A stretch of DNA of 64,000 nt from a virus (taxonomy: Duplodnaviria > Caudoviricetes): the IMG/VR virus record IMGVR_UViG_3300037067_021792; one strand, 5' to 3'. Shown piece by piece: positions 38,497 to 48,059 of the stretch. The translations under genes and the position numbers were made by a program. Under the pieces are notes generated by a model, which was given only the letters and a program-made list of their open reading frames with translations, was not told the origin of the DNA and did not search any database. Numbering within the stretch: the stretch's first letter is position 1; each line of letters begins with the position of its first letter.

Positions 38497-39014
38497 TGAC
38501 GAAATGTATTAAGCTATTTTTGACAGATCTTGATGGATGTCTTACTGATGGCGGGTTTTATGTTCCTTCTTCTAATAATTTTGACTTATTTCTCAAAAAA
38601 TTTAATTCTAGAGATATGATGGGATTGGAACTACTATATAGATCAGGGATTAAAATAGGAATTATAACAACCTCAGTTAATGTGTGCCAGAATCAATTTT
38701 CACGATCTTGCCCGTATGCTACAATATTAAGTGGGCAAAGACACAAAGATAAGATAATTAAAGAAGTATATATCGATAAAGGTATTGCAGAATGGAGTGA
38801 TGTGGCTTTTATAGGAGACGATATCAATGATATTGATTTATTGAAATTAGTTGGTTTGCCGGCCTGCCCGGTTAATGCTGTGCCAGAAGTGCAGCAAACT
38901 GTAAGATCGCACAAAGATGGGTATGTTTCAATGCTAAGAGGCGGCGAGAGCGTGGTTAGGGATTTTGCTGATTATGTAAGAAGTATTTGCAATATTCCAG
39001 CGAAGTGGGAATAA
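38496..39014 (+). CDS. KdsC-family HAD phosphatase (KDO8P/KDN9P phosphatase)
   Basis: DLDGCLTDG, FNSRD, FIGDDIND, GG...VRDF. Confidence 0.88.
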   Translation: MTKCIKLFLTDLDGCLTDGGFYVPSSNNFDLFLKKFNSRDMMGLELLYRSGIKIGIITTSVNVCQNQFSRSCPYATILSGQRHKDKIIKEVYIDKGIAEWSDVAFIGDDINDIDLLKLVGLPACPVNAVPEVQQTVRSHKDGYVSMLRGGESVVRDFADYVRSICNIPAKWE

Positions 39015-39163
39015 TAAGAAGAGGTGTTTCGTGATTGAGCCGTTTGTATTTGAAGACAGAGAGTGCTGGATTGATATTCACAGGGGGAATATCTCTAAAG
39101 TGGGCATGGGGGTAGAATATAAAGTGAAGATAAAATATGGAGAACAAATTCATAAACTTTCAT

Positions 39164-40532
39164 TTCGCTGCAGTCAAGGAAACCGCTTGGTCTTCAGCCA
39201 AGCGGAGGAATTGACTGTCTCTCCTTTCTCTCAAAATATTTTGAACTTTTCTCAAATTCCACAAAGGAACTTGTATAATTTCTCCGTATGTAGTAATTAT
39301 GAGTAACTTAACCTACAACATTCAGTTACACACTCAATCAGCAGAAGACCATGTTCTCCTTCTGCAAACTCTTGTCGAACATCAAAAAATCTGGAACCAT
39401 ATCTCTAAAGATACCTTTCAACACCAGATGTTTAATAAGAAGATTATGTATGACCGCAACTACCATAAGTGCAGAAAACTCTTTCCTGATGCTCCCTCTC
39501 AAGTTATTATACGAGCAAAAGACTCTGTCTACGCCACCTACAAAGCTCTAAAAACCACAAAAATGCTCAACCAACTAGAAGAACCGTGTCAGCAAACCAA
39601 CTTAAGCATTCGGCTAGACAAGCGGCTCTACACCTTTCTTGACGGTAACAGAATTAAACTGACCACAACTGGAAAACGTATCATCTGTTCCTACCAGCCT
39701 TATGATAAGTTCGAGGAACTATTCTCAAAGTATTCTGCTTGTGATCCTCTCATCTTTATGAGGGACAACGAGTTTTGGCTCTCTGTGTCATTTGAAGTTC
39801 CAGAACCAACTTTTGTAGAAAACACCTGTCTCGGGGTAGACCTTGGCGAAAGGCGTTTCGCCGTGACATCAGAAGGTCTGGCTCTCACTGATAAAGATTT
39901 CCTCAGACAGAAACGTTCTCTCCGTTATCTCAAACGAGTCTTAAACTCCAAAAAGCAAAAGACTAACTCACACTCATCAAAGAGAAAACTGCACAAGCTT
40001 CGTAGACAAGAGAGAAACAAAAATAAGAACTTGTCTCACCATCTAGCTAACAAAATTCTTGAAACTAGTTCCAATACAATTGTTCTGGAAGACTTGTCCA
40101 ATTTGAAGAAAAAGAAATTGAAGAAGGATAATTACAAGAAGAGCAAGTCGTCCAAGAATAGACTTAGTCAGGTCCCCTTTGGGATGCTGTTGAGCATCCT
40201 GACCTACAAGGCACCTCTTCGAGGGAAGAGGATTAAAACGGTTAACCCTGCTTATACCAGTCAAAGAGATCATAGAGGTTTGGCTGGAGGAGAGCGTAAG
40301 GGATGTGGGTTTATATCTTCTGATGGAGTTATATTTGATGCAGATTGGAATGCAGCTATTAATATAGCTCGTAAGTATGTTCAGACTCAAGAAGCGAAAG
40401 GAGCTAAACACCCTGTCTCCTTTAATTTGCCGCTACGCGGCAGGTTAAACGTTACAGGCAGGCTGCTATCAACCAGCCAATCGTTCCTGTTAAGGAGCAA
40501 ACCCGACCGTCTTTAGCGGTTGGGTAGTTGAT
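39164..40532 (+). mobile_element. IS200/IS605-family tnpB-only element (IS1341-like), 1369 bp
   Basis: Left hairpin CCGCTTGG-tcttcag-CCAAGCGG, right hairpin CCCGACCG-tctttag-CGGTTGGG then TAGTTGAT; guide tetranucleotides fit the IS608 pairing rules. Confidence 0.82.
39299..40516 (+). CDS. tnpB: RNA-guided endonuclease TnpB
   Basis: RuvC I GVDLG, II IVLEDL, YKA..G, VNPAYTSQ, III DADWNAAINI. Confidence 0.92.
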   Translation: MSNLTYNIQLHTQSAEDHVLLLQTLVEHQKIWNHISKDTFQHQMFNKKIMYDRNYHKCRKLFPDAPSQVIIRAKDSVYATYKALKTTKMLNQLEEPCQQTNLSIRLDKRLYTFLDGNRIKLTTTGKRIICSYQPYDKFEELFSKYSACDPLIFMRDNEFWLSVSFEVPEPTFVENTCLGVDLGERRFAVTSEGLALTDKDFLRQKRSLRYLKRVLNSKKQKTNSHSSKRKLHKLRRQERNKNKNLSHHLANKILETSSNTIVLEDLSNLKKKKLKKDNYKKSKSSKNRLSQVPFGMLLSILTYKAPLRGKRIKTVNPAYTSQRDHRGLAGGERKGCGFISSDGVIFDADWNAAINIARKYVQTQEAKGAKHPVSFNLPLRGRLNVTGRLLSTSQSFLLRSKPDRL

Positions 40533-40754
40533 TTCGAATCCCAATAGATAATAGATCCGATGAAATTACAAACGTCTGAAATGATTTGGTGGAACGAACA
40601 TACTCTGATTCCGACGGCATACCCATAGGACTCCTTGAATCTGCTCGTGAATCTGTTGAAAATAGAATTAACATAATCAAAAGCCTGAAAATATGAGTAA
40701 AATTTGTAATAAATGTGGCGCAAAATTAGATAAGACACCGAAAGGAGGCGTAGA

Positions 40755-41165
40755 ATTTCAGAATATTCATTAATTGAACTTGCTATGAATGATGGTGATT
40801 GCATCAAAGCTGCACTTGAGGAGCTAGGGTATGTCTATGAAGAACACAAAGAAGCATCGCATTTGAATGGATATATGGGGGACCAAAGAGAACAAGTGGC
40901 CAATATTATCGTGCGAAGGCGAAATGTTGGAAACGCGTCAAATGATATTGGATTTCTTAAAAAGCCCAATGGCAATTATGAAATGATAATTTCCGAGTTT
41001 GATAAAGGTGGAAATAAAAAACAAGCTGTTGATTTTATGAAAAAGTTAAAGCAGATTTATGGCAAGCATAAAGCTATTAAGCAATGTGCAAAAATGGGAT
41101 TCAAAAAAATTAAAGTTCAGAAAACAACAGAAGATGGAAAAATTAAGATAAGAATAAGAGCATAA
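40755..41165 (+). CDS. DUF1257 (Ycf35-like) protein, probable ATT start
   Basis: AAL.ELGY, SNDIGF....G.YEMIISEFD; AGGAGG 6 nt upstream of in-frame ATT 40755. Confidence 0.75.
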   Translation: MSEYSLIELAMNDGDCIKAALEELGYVYEEHKEASHLNGYMGDQREQVANIIVRRRNVGNASNDIGFLKKPNGNYEMIISEFDKGGNKKQAVDFMKKLKQIYGKHKAIKQCAKMGFKKIKVQKTTEDGKIKIRIRA

Positions 41166-41217
41166 TATCATCTACTAAAGACGCAGATTTCTATTGTCGG
41201 AATCAGAGAGGTAATGA

Positions 41218-42024
41218 TTGGATTGGTGCATCGGCGACATTCACGGATGTTTTTATACTCTACAAAGATTAATCGATAGAATAAGTAAAGTCGATTCAAG
41301 TGCTCGATTTATTTTTCTGGGTGATTATTTTGATAGAGGACTGCACTCTAACAAAGTCGTTGATTTATTAATTCAATTACAATCTGGCGGTGCGGTCTGC
41401 CTCAGGGGCAACCACGATGATGTGATTGATGAAATAATAAACGGCGGATCTTGCACGGTTGCTGTTTATTTTCCACAAAAACCACCAGAAATGCAACAAT
41501 TAATTGAATGGTGGAAATGTAATGGCTTCGACGAGACGGCCATAAGTTATGGCATGAAATCACATTTGTCTTTAGGTGCAAATTTAGATCAAGTAGGGAT
41601 TGAATTTCGTAAAAATATTCCAGATTCTCATAAAAAATTCGTAAAGGATGATCTTGTATTATGGTGGGAGAATAAAACCCATTTTGCGTGTCATGGTTAC
41701 TATCCCCCTCATTGGGGATTGGAAAATAATAGTCTGAATACTACTAGCCCTAATTTACAATTATTATACGCATCTTTATGGGATAGGTTTATGCAAGATG
41801 TGTCTGGGAATTTGCTTATACAAGATCACGTTTGGGACAAAATTGGAGTATTCGGTCACTCACCGGTAAAATGCTATAATTCGCCGACGCCAATCGCATC
41901 CGGAAAATTGCGATTAATAGATACCGGCGCATGCAGTAACGACTACCTTTGTGGATATTGCTGCCAAAATGATAATTGGATACTTCAATCGACTGAAAAA
42001 GAAGACATTCAGATGGAGTTTTGA
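41218..42024 (+). CDS. metallophosphoesterase (Ser/Thr phosphatase-like)
   Basis: GDIHG, GDYFDRG, GNHD, FGH.P, IDTG. Confidence 0.9.
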   Translation: MDWCIGDIHGCFYTLQRLIDRISKVDSSARFIFLGDYFDRGLHSNKVVDLLIQLQSGGAVCLRGNHDDVIDEIINGGSCTVAVYFPQKPPEMQQLIEWWKCNGFDETAISYGMKSHLSLGANLDQVGIEFRKNIPDSHKKFVKDDLVLWWENKTHFACHGYYPPHWGLENNSLNTTSPNLQLLYASLWDRFMQDVSGNLLIQDHVWDKIGVFGHSPVKCYNSPTPIASGKLRLIDTGACSNDYLCGYCCQNDNWILQSTEKEDIQMEF

Positions 42025-42025
42025 A

Positions 42026-42892
42026 ATGGCATGCATTGAAAAGATTTATAGCGTTTCAGCAGTTGTGGGAACTGGCAAATGCAATGCAAATTGTTCATTC
42101 TGTGCCGGAAAATATCTGCGGTCGCAGTTTTGCGACGTGATGAAATATAATAAAAACCTCGAATCCGCTATAAAATTATCTGCAAGATATGGTGGATGGT
42201 CACTATCCCTTACTAGTTCCGGAGAACCTACGTGTGAGCCAGATGCGGTCACTAATGCGTTAAAAGTATACCAAAAATGCGCATATCAAGGCGCTTATTT
42301 CCCCAATGTAAACTTGTTTACAAATGGAATATTAATAGGCGATGATGTCTTCTGCAGAAGTTATTTACCAATTTGGAAAGAATTAGGTATGACAAATATC
42401 GCAGTTTCTATCCATAGCCCTATTCGGTATAGACAGGCAGAGGCATATAATATTTTTGAATATCCAGAATTTAGCCATATATTTAGTAATATTAGTGCGT
42501 ATGGGTTAGGTGTTAGGTGCACTCTTCTTTTAAGGAAAGGCGGAATTGATTGCGCCGATGAATACGCATGTGCTGTTGAACGACTGATTCGATATGGAGT
42601 TGACAATATCACATCATGGGCGATTGGAAATCCAGATGGGACTCGCAACAAATATACTCCATCGAGATTGGGTATGTGGGGGATTAAATGGTGGTTGAAT
42701 AGAAACGCCAAATTGTGTCATAGCCATTCGTGGGGCGGTGGAGTATTTGATTACAAAGGAAATATATTAAGGTTTACTGATTACGTAACTAAACATAATA
42801 GGCACAAGGATTTTGTTAGGCAATTAGTTGTATTTGGCGATGGAACGGTTGCTTACTCATGGATACGAGAGGGAGCACTATGCTTAAAATAA
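42026..42892 (+). CDS. radical SAM protein
   Basis: CNANCSFC, GEPT, TNG. Confidence 0.82.
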   Translation: MACIEKIYSVSAVVGTGKCNANCSFCAGKYLRSQFCDVMKYNKNLESAIKLSARYGGWSLSLTSSGEPTCEPDAVTNALKVYQKCAYQGAYFPNVNLFTNGILIGDDVFCRSYLPIWKELGMTNIAVSIHSPIRYRQAEAYNIFEYPEFSHIFSNISAYGLGVRCTLLLRKGGIDCADEYACAVERLIRYGVDNITSWAIGNPDGTRNKYTPSRLGMWGIKWWLNRNAKLCHSHSWGGGVFDYKGNILRFTDYVTKHNRHKDFVRQLVVFGDGTVAYSWIREGALCLK

Positions 42893-42905
42893 AAGGGAGA
42901 ATAAA

Positions 42906-44075
42906 TTGAACACATCTATAGTGGGCTTGTTTTTCGGCGACGAGGCCAAAGGGAAAATTACTGATTTACTCTCATCCGACTACGATATTGTAGTTAGATA
43001 CTCGGGTGGCGCTAATGCTGGACATACAGTTCGATTTAATGATAAAACCTATAAATTACATCAATTACCGACCGGATATTTATCAGGCAAGGAAAGTGTA
43101 TTGGCCAATGGCATGGTTTTAAACCCAATTTCTCTGGCCAAGGAAATCCAAAATTATAAAACTTCCGCTCCGCTATTTATCAGCGATAGAGCACATGCTG
43201 TTATGCCTTGGCATATAGTATGTGATGCAAAACAGGGGGATGGAATAGGGACTACCAAGAAAGGCATAGGTCCATGCTATGCAGATAAGATGCACAGATG
43301 GAACGCAATTAGAATGGGGGATTTGGTTCGAAAACTAATCGATGCGAAATTTCAGAATTTTTTTGCTACTGACGAAATATTTCATGGAAACAAGTTGTGG
43401 ACAGATTATAAAACCGCTGCTGATATGCTGTATCCGTTTATTTGTGATACTGGCGAGAAGCTTCGTAAAGATGTAAAAGATGGCCGAAATATTCTTTTTG
43501 AGGGAGCGCAAGGTATCGGATTGGATGTCGATCATGGATTTTCATATCCATATGTTACAAGCTCTGGAGTTGGCCCATCTGCGATTCCTCAATCCTGTGG
43601 TTTGCCTAATCTTCATTTAGATCGTATTATAGGAGTCATGAAGTGTTATACCACCCGAGTCGGAGAAGGACCATTTCCTGGTGAACTTGGTATTATAAAT
43701 TCATATCATTTAGATCTAAGGTTTGCTCTATGCAAAGAAATTGCTGATCGTATTAGAGAAAAAGGCAACGAATATGGCACAACAACAGGACGGCCTCGAA
43801 GAATTGGATGGGTAGATTTCCGATTATTGAAATATGCCATTGATGTTACTGGAACAACAGAAATCGCCCTTATGCATGCGGATACATTATGCGGGATAGA
43901 TAGAATTGGGTTTATCGATACCGATGGTGAGTTGAAATATACACCTGGCTGGAATACAATAGAGGATCCGGCATTAATGAAATATATTGAAATAATTGAG
44001 GAAAAATCCGGAGTACCCGTGACAATATTAAGTTATGGTCCAGACAGAAACGACACGAAGTATCTTAACCTATGA
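42906..44075 (+). CDS. purA: adenylosuccinate synthetase
   Basis: GDEAKGK, GGANAGHT, GTTKKGIGP.Y.DK, EGAQG, YPYVTSS, TRVGEGPFP, GTTTGRPRRIGW. Confidence 0.92.
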   Translation: MNTSIVGLFFGDEAKGKITDLLSSDYDIVVRYSGGANAGHTVRFNDKTYKLHQLPTGYLSGKESVLANGMVLNPISLAKEIQNYKTSAPLFISDRAHAVMPWHIVCDAKQGDGIGTTKKGIGPCYADKMHRWNAIRMGDLVRKLIDAKFQNFFATDEIFHGNKLWTDYKTAADMLYPFICDTGEKLRKDVKDGRNILFEGAQGIGLDVDHGFSYPYVTSSGVGPSAIPQSCGLPNLHLDRIIGVMKCYTTRVGEGPFPGELGIINSYHLDLRFALCKEIADRIREKGNEYGTTTGRPRRIGWVDFRLLKYAIDVTGTTEIALMHADTLCGIDRIGFIDTDGELKYTPGWNTIEDPALMKYIEIIEEKSGVPVTILSYGPDRNDTKYLNL

Positions 44076-45052
44076 TAGTTAACAAAGTCATATCTCCAGT
44101 TGCATCGGCTCCTATTGGGTGGGTCGGCGGCAAGAGCAAAATGCGCCCGACAATTTATTCAATTATGCCAAAACATGAGTGCTACTGCGAAGTGTTTGGT
44201 GGCTCTTTTACAATATGGGCTGGCAAGCCGCCAAAAATGTCTAAACGAGAAGTAATTAATGATATAAATCTAAATCTCGTACACTTAATGAAAGTTATTG
44301 CCGGTGTTTATCCTTTTACGTCTGCCGATACCGATGAATTTATAAACTACGTTCGCACTATGCCATCGTCTAGGTCCTATTTTGTTGAAATACAAAAAAT
44401 TTCACAAGAAGAAATAGATAAAATGTCTCCTGCTATGAAGGCATTTCGATACTATTACTTAGTTAAGAACAGTTTTAGTTCGCAATCATCTGCCGGTTAT
44501 TCTATAAAACCTCGTAATAATATGAATTATGATTTTGAGCCATTAGTGGAAAGGTTTAGAGTTAATAATGCAATAATTGAGAGTCTTGATTTCCGTGAAT
44601 TTATTGAAAGATATAATAAAAATAATAGTGGAAAGGAATATGGTGGTGTGTTTTTTATAATGGACCCACCGTATTTTGTAGCTGATGATACAGGGTACTA
44701 TGAATTTACATTTGGAGCACAGGACCATAAAGATCTAAAAAAATACTGTGACAATATACACAACCTGGGGAATAAGTTCATGATTACGTATGATGATGTT
44801 CCAGAAGTATTGGAACTTTATCAAAATTACCACATTTTTAGAACAAGTCCAATGTTGTATTCTTCTGCCGCAGAATCTGGGAAAAGAGAAATAGAAGAGA
44901 GCGAACTTGTCGTGGTTAATTATGATGTATTTTCAGTAGTTCGAAAGCGAAATAAATGTGACTCATTTAAGAGTAAAACTTCTGAATGTGAAGATAATCA
45001 GATAATTATTCCAGATGGTTTGACGCTAACCTTGGTGGAGAAACAACAATGA
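44072..45052 (+). CDS. Dam-family DNA adenine methyltransferase
   Basis: WVGGK, EVFGGS, NDIN, DPPY. Confidence 0.9.
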   Translation: MIVNKVISPVASAPIGWVGGKSKMRPTIYSIMPKHECYCEVFGGSFTIWAGKPPKMSKREVINDINLNLVHLMKVIAGVYPFTSADTDEFINYVRTMPSSRSYFVEIQKISQEEIDKMSPAMKAFRYYYLVKNSFSSQSSAGYSIKPRNNMNYDFEPLVERFRVNNAIIESLDFREFIERYNKNNSGKEYGGVFFIMDPPYFVADDTGYYEFTFGAQDHKDLKKYCDNIHNLGNKFMITYDDVPEVLELYQNYHIFRTSPMLYSSAAESGKREIEESELVVVNYDVFSVVRKRNKCDSFKSKTSECEDNQIIIPDGLTLTLVEKQQ

Positions 45053-45270
45053 ACGAAGAGACAAAGGGAATGGTCGAGGCACAATTATCTGCTGGAGCCA
45101 TATCTATTGAAGAATTAAAAGAGATACAAAAAGAGAATCGGCATGTCGCTGCCGGTCGATATATTGAATTGAACGACGTTGATTTTATAAAAGTTCGACG
45201 CTGTGTTTACTGTAGAGGATCTGGGGATGAAGATATTTTTAATCTTCTGGGGGGATGGAGTGAAAATTAG
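45049..45270 (+). CDS. small hypothetical protein
   Basis: GGAG SD, ATGA overlap. Confidence 0.55.
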   Translation: MNEETKGMVEAQLSAGAISIEELKEIQKENRHVAAGRYIELNDVDFIKVRRCVYCRGSGDEDIFNLLGGWSEN

Positions 45271-45672
45271 AGGTCACGATCCGGTTCATAATTTTACTAA
45301 GCGCACATCTGGCACTGTATATGGAGAAACTGATCCAGGATTTTCTGGCGGGGGTTCTACTGAAAGATATCCCACATCGATTCTGTATTTTCCTGTTGTA
45401 AATAACGATTCTCCACAAAAGATACATCCTAATCAAAAACCAGTAGAACTATTTGAATATCTTATCAGAACGTACACTAATCAAGGAGATATTGTTCTAG
45501 ATAACTGTATAGGAAGCGGCACAACTGCCGTTGCCTGAACAGTAAAAGAGTGTTTGTGGGGATAGAAAAAGAAATATCATTCTGTGAATCCGCAATTGCC
45601 CGAATTGAGACATTTCGTCGAGCAAAACGAATAAACGAAATTAAATTTGATGTGGGAGGTACCGATGGCTAA
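45260..45672 (+). pseudogene. N4/N6 DNA methyltransferase C-terminal remnant, frameshifted
   Basis: HP.QKPVEL, VLD.C.GSGTTAVA then TGA; shifted frame continues NSKRVFVGIEKE; no N-terminal DPPY part. Confidence 0.75.
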
Positions 45673-46375
45673 TGTCGCAGTCCATTTGGATGATTGGATC
45701 AAAAGAGATAGGCAGGGGTTTAATCGCAAAGAGCATCTGATATCAGATGCTCTAGTTAATTTTACAACGGGCATGTTAAACAAAGTTGATGAAAGCACTC
45801 GCAGAGATGTTTTTTACATGCTAGTATTCTGCCTTTTGGTTCCTCAGAGCAGGCAGTCTGAGGCCGAGAAGGTGTGCGATAAATTGCGAACTTTGAAATA
45901 TTATGAGGAAGATATACCTATAAAACAGCTGTCAGAAATATTGCGGGGTAAAGTTCGATTTCATAATCGGAAGTCGGAATATATATGGAAGTCCCGAGAA
46001 AAATTCTATCGTACCGATTTTTGGAAAATTTTAAAACAAAAATCTGAAGAATATCATAAATCAGAGAAAGATGTCAGATACAGAGTGCTGCTTCGTGCTC
46101 GGACATGGCTCATAGGTGAAATTAACGGTATGTCTTTTAAGCTGGCTAGTCATTTCCTCAGGAATATAGGTATGCGAGGATTGGCCATTCTTGATGTGCA
46201 TATATTAAGATCCATGCAAGAGCGAGGATTAATAGAAAATTACTCGCCTTTGACTCGTGACAAATACTATAATATTGAGAAGAAACTGCAAGATTATGCT
46301 AAAGCATTAGAAGTAGGGATAGACGAACTAGACCAATTGTTTTGGAGTAATGCAACGGGGTATGTCGGAAAATAA
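45665..46375 (+). CDS. 8-oxoguanine N-glycosylase/DNA lyase (Ogg2-like, HhH)
   Basis: FCLL.PQ, RFHN.K..YI, G...K.ASHFLRNIG, AILDVHILR, Y..IE, LD...W...TG. Confidence 0.85.
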   Translation: MANVAVHLDDWIKRDRQGFNRKEHLISDALVNFTTGMLNKVDESTRRDVFYMLVFCLLVPQSRQSEAEKVCDKLRTLKYYEEDIPIKQLSEILRGKVRFHNRKSEYIWKSREKFYRTDFWKILKQKSEEYHKSEKDVRYRVLLRARTWLIGEINGMSFKLASHFLRNIGMRGLAILDVHILRSMQERGLIENYSPLTRDKYYNIEKKLQDYAKALEVGIDELDQLFWSNATGYVGK

Positions 46376-46388
46376 ACGGGAGCGACAA

Positions 46389-46757
46389 ATGATGGAGAAC
46401 TTTTTAAGTCGTGTTTTAACTCGGTATCGAAGTGCAGTGCAAGAGCAACAAGCATTCGAGGCAGAGCAAAAAACAAAGGACGAAGCAGAGAAAGAGAAGG
46501 AAAAAACAGCCGAGCGAGATAGAATTAATTCCTTAGTAGAAAAATATGGGGATTTAATTTGGGAAGCATCCAACAATGGATATTGTCTAATTCATGTTAT
46601 AATAAGCAACGACCCTATATATGAAATAGTAAAACAAGAATTCTTAGATATGGGATTCATGGCAAGTATTAACACTTTAGACAGCGGAGATGATTGGGGA
46701 GACGTAATATCAACAACATGGCTAAATATTAGATGGGACAACATTGGAACGAAGTAA
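46389..46757 (+). CDS. hypothetical protein
   Basis: GGGAG SD. Confidence 0.65.
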   Translation: MMENFLSRVLTRYRSAVQEQQAFEAEQKTKDEAEKEKEKTAERDRINSLVEKYGDLIWEASNNGYCLIHVIISNDPIYEIVKQEFLDMGFMASINTLDSGDDWGDVISTTWLNIRWDNIGTK

Positions 46758-47694
46758 TTGTCACATATGTCCACACAATTGTAGCCTATTACCTGGCGAG
46801 ACAGGTAAATGTCTTGTTAGACAAAATGTTGGCGGCAGGATAATTCCCATATACGAGGGTGAATGTACCTTGTTGGCAACCGAGCCAATCGAGAAGCGCC
46901 CTCTTTTTCATTTTTTGCCAGGTGAAGATTTTCTTGCAGTTGGCCTACTAGGATGTTCGCTGGCCTGCAAATTTTGCCAAACTTTTGAAATTTCACAGTC
47001 AGTTCAATCAGAAACAACCCACCGATCTCCAAGGGAATTGATAGATTTGGCTCTATCTAAACAGGTCTCAGGTATTGCATTTACATTCAATGAACCTACC
47101 ATTCACTATGAATATATCATGGAAGTAGCCAATGGAGTAAAGAATACAGACCTTAAAATTGTGATCAAATCCAATGGTTTCATAAACAAACATATTCTTG
47201 ATGATTTAGACATGGCGACGGATGCGTGGAATATTGATCTAAAAGGCGATCATATTGCGTATGAGTCGATATGTTCAGGGTCTATTCAGCCTGTTCTTGC
47301 GACAGTAGAATCTTTAATTGGTAAAGGTAGTCATCTAGAGATTAGCTATCTAGTGCTTCCAGAACAAATTGATAATATGCAACATCATACATTGATGCGA
47401 GATTGGCTATCTAATTTATCTACATCTATCCCAATTCACTTGATTTATTTCTATCCATTTTATCAAAAGCAAGAGGGTAGATATAATCCTGGGCAATTAT
47501 TGGTTATTCGGGATTTGTTTGCCCAAAAATTGGATTATGTGTATATATCAAATATATTTAATTCTGAGATAAAATATTACAGGGATACTCGGTGCTCAGT
47601 GTGTGATAATGTTTTGATTTCTCGGCAATCAGGGGCTAGGATTCAACAATTAGATTGTTGTGGTGTATCTCTTGCAGGTATATTCAGAAAATAA
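46744..47694 (+). CDS. AmmeMemoRadiSam-type (AmrS/PflA-like) radical SAM enzyme
   Basis: CxxCP..C....G.C.VR, PIEKRPLFHF.PG, GCSLACKFCQ, FTFNEP. Confidence 0.85.
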   Translation: MERSNCHICPHNCSLLPGETGKCLVRQNVGGRIIPIYEGECTLLATEPIEKRPLFHFLPGEDFLAVGLLGCSLACKFCQTFEISQSVQSETTHRSPRELIDLALSKQVSGIAFTFNEPTIHYEYIMEVANGVKNTDLKIVIKSNGFINKHILDDLDMATDAWNIDLKGDHIAYESICSGSIQPVLATVESLIGKGSHLEISYLVLPEQIDNMQHHTLMRDWLSNLSTSIPIHLIYFYPFYQKQEGRYNPGQLLVIRDLFAQKLDYVYISNIFNSEIKYYRDTRCSVCDNVLISRQSGARIQQLDCCGVSLAGIFRK

Positions 47695-47734
47695 TTGTAT
47701 AATAATACGGTTCAGTAATAAAGGAGATACAGTT

Positions 47735-48058
47735 ATGGCAGAAGCACCTAACACTGCCGCTCAGATTAATGCACAATTTTTAGAGTGGCTACAAAGCATG
47801 CCGGAGTTGTTCGGCAAATTCCTTGAGATTGCCAAGGAATGGTATAGGTTACAGAACACTGCTCCAGGGGCAGTGAAACCCGCTGCGGGTCCAGAGCATT
47901 TTCAAATTGGTGGCACTGTTACGATTCAAACTGGTGGAGGCATTTCCGATGAGGATATTAATGCCGTCTATCAAGGGTATGCAGAAGCCATCCAAAAAGA
48001 AAAGGCGATTGAATACATCAAAGGTTTCATAGCCGGATTCATGATGAGAGGTGCATAA
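47735..48058 (+). CDS. hypothetical protein
   Basis: TTGTATAAT upstream, AAGGAG SD. Confidence 0.75.
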   Translation: MAEAPNTAAQINAQFLEWLQSMPELFGKFLEIAKEWYRLQNTAPGAVKPAAGPEHFQIGGTVTIQTGGGISDEDINAVYQGYAEAIQKEKAIEYIKGFIAGFMMRGA

Positions 48059-48059
48059 T

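Larger units (their letters stand above)
39031..40696 (+). pseudogene. hypothetical gene interrupted by the IS (39031-39163 + 40533-40696)
   Basis: Excision restores KLSF-RIPIDN in frame; one in-frame TGA at 40577 in the 3' part. Confidence 0.55.

Noticed and set aside
39162-40536. 6-bp target-site duplication ATTTCG around the IS
   Set aside because: IS200/IS605 elements make no TSD; the guide rules place the ends at 39164 and 40532, so the repeat is overlap of TCAT/TGAT plus a chance TTCG match
42906-44075. PurZ (Z-genome) instead of PurA
   Set aside because: It retains the PurA catalytic Asp (GDEAKG) and GTTTGRPRR, whereas PurZ has Ser at that position; no DatZ/MazZ-like neighbours recognised
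40577-45538. TGA stop-codon reassignment suggested by in-frame TGAs at 40577 and 45536
   Set aside because: Many intact genes end in TGA with ATGA overlaps; 45536 is a frameshift remnant and 40577 lies in an IS-disrupted gene
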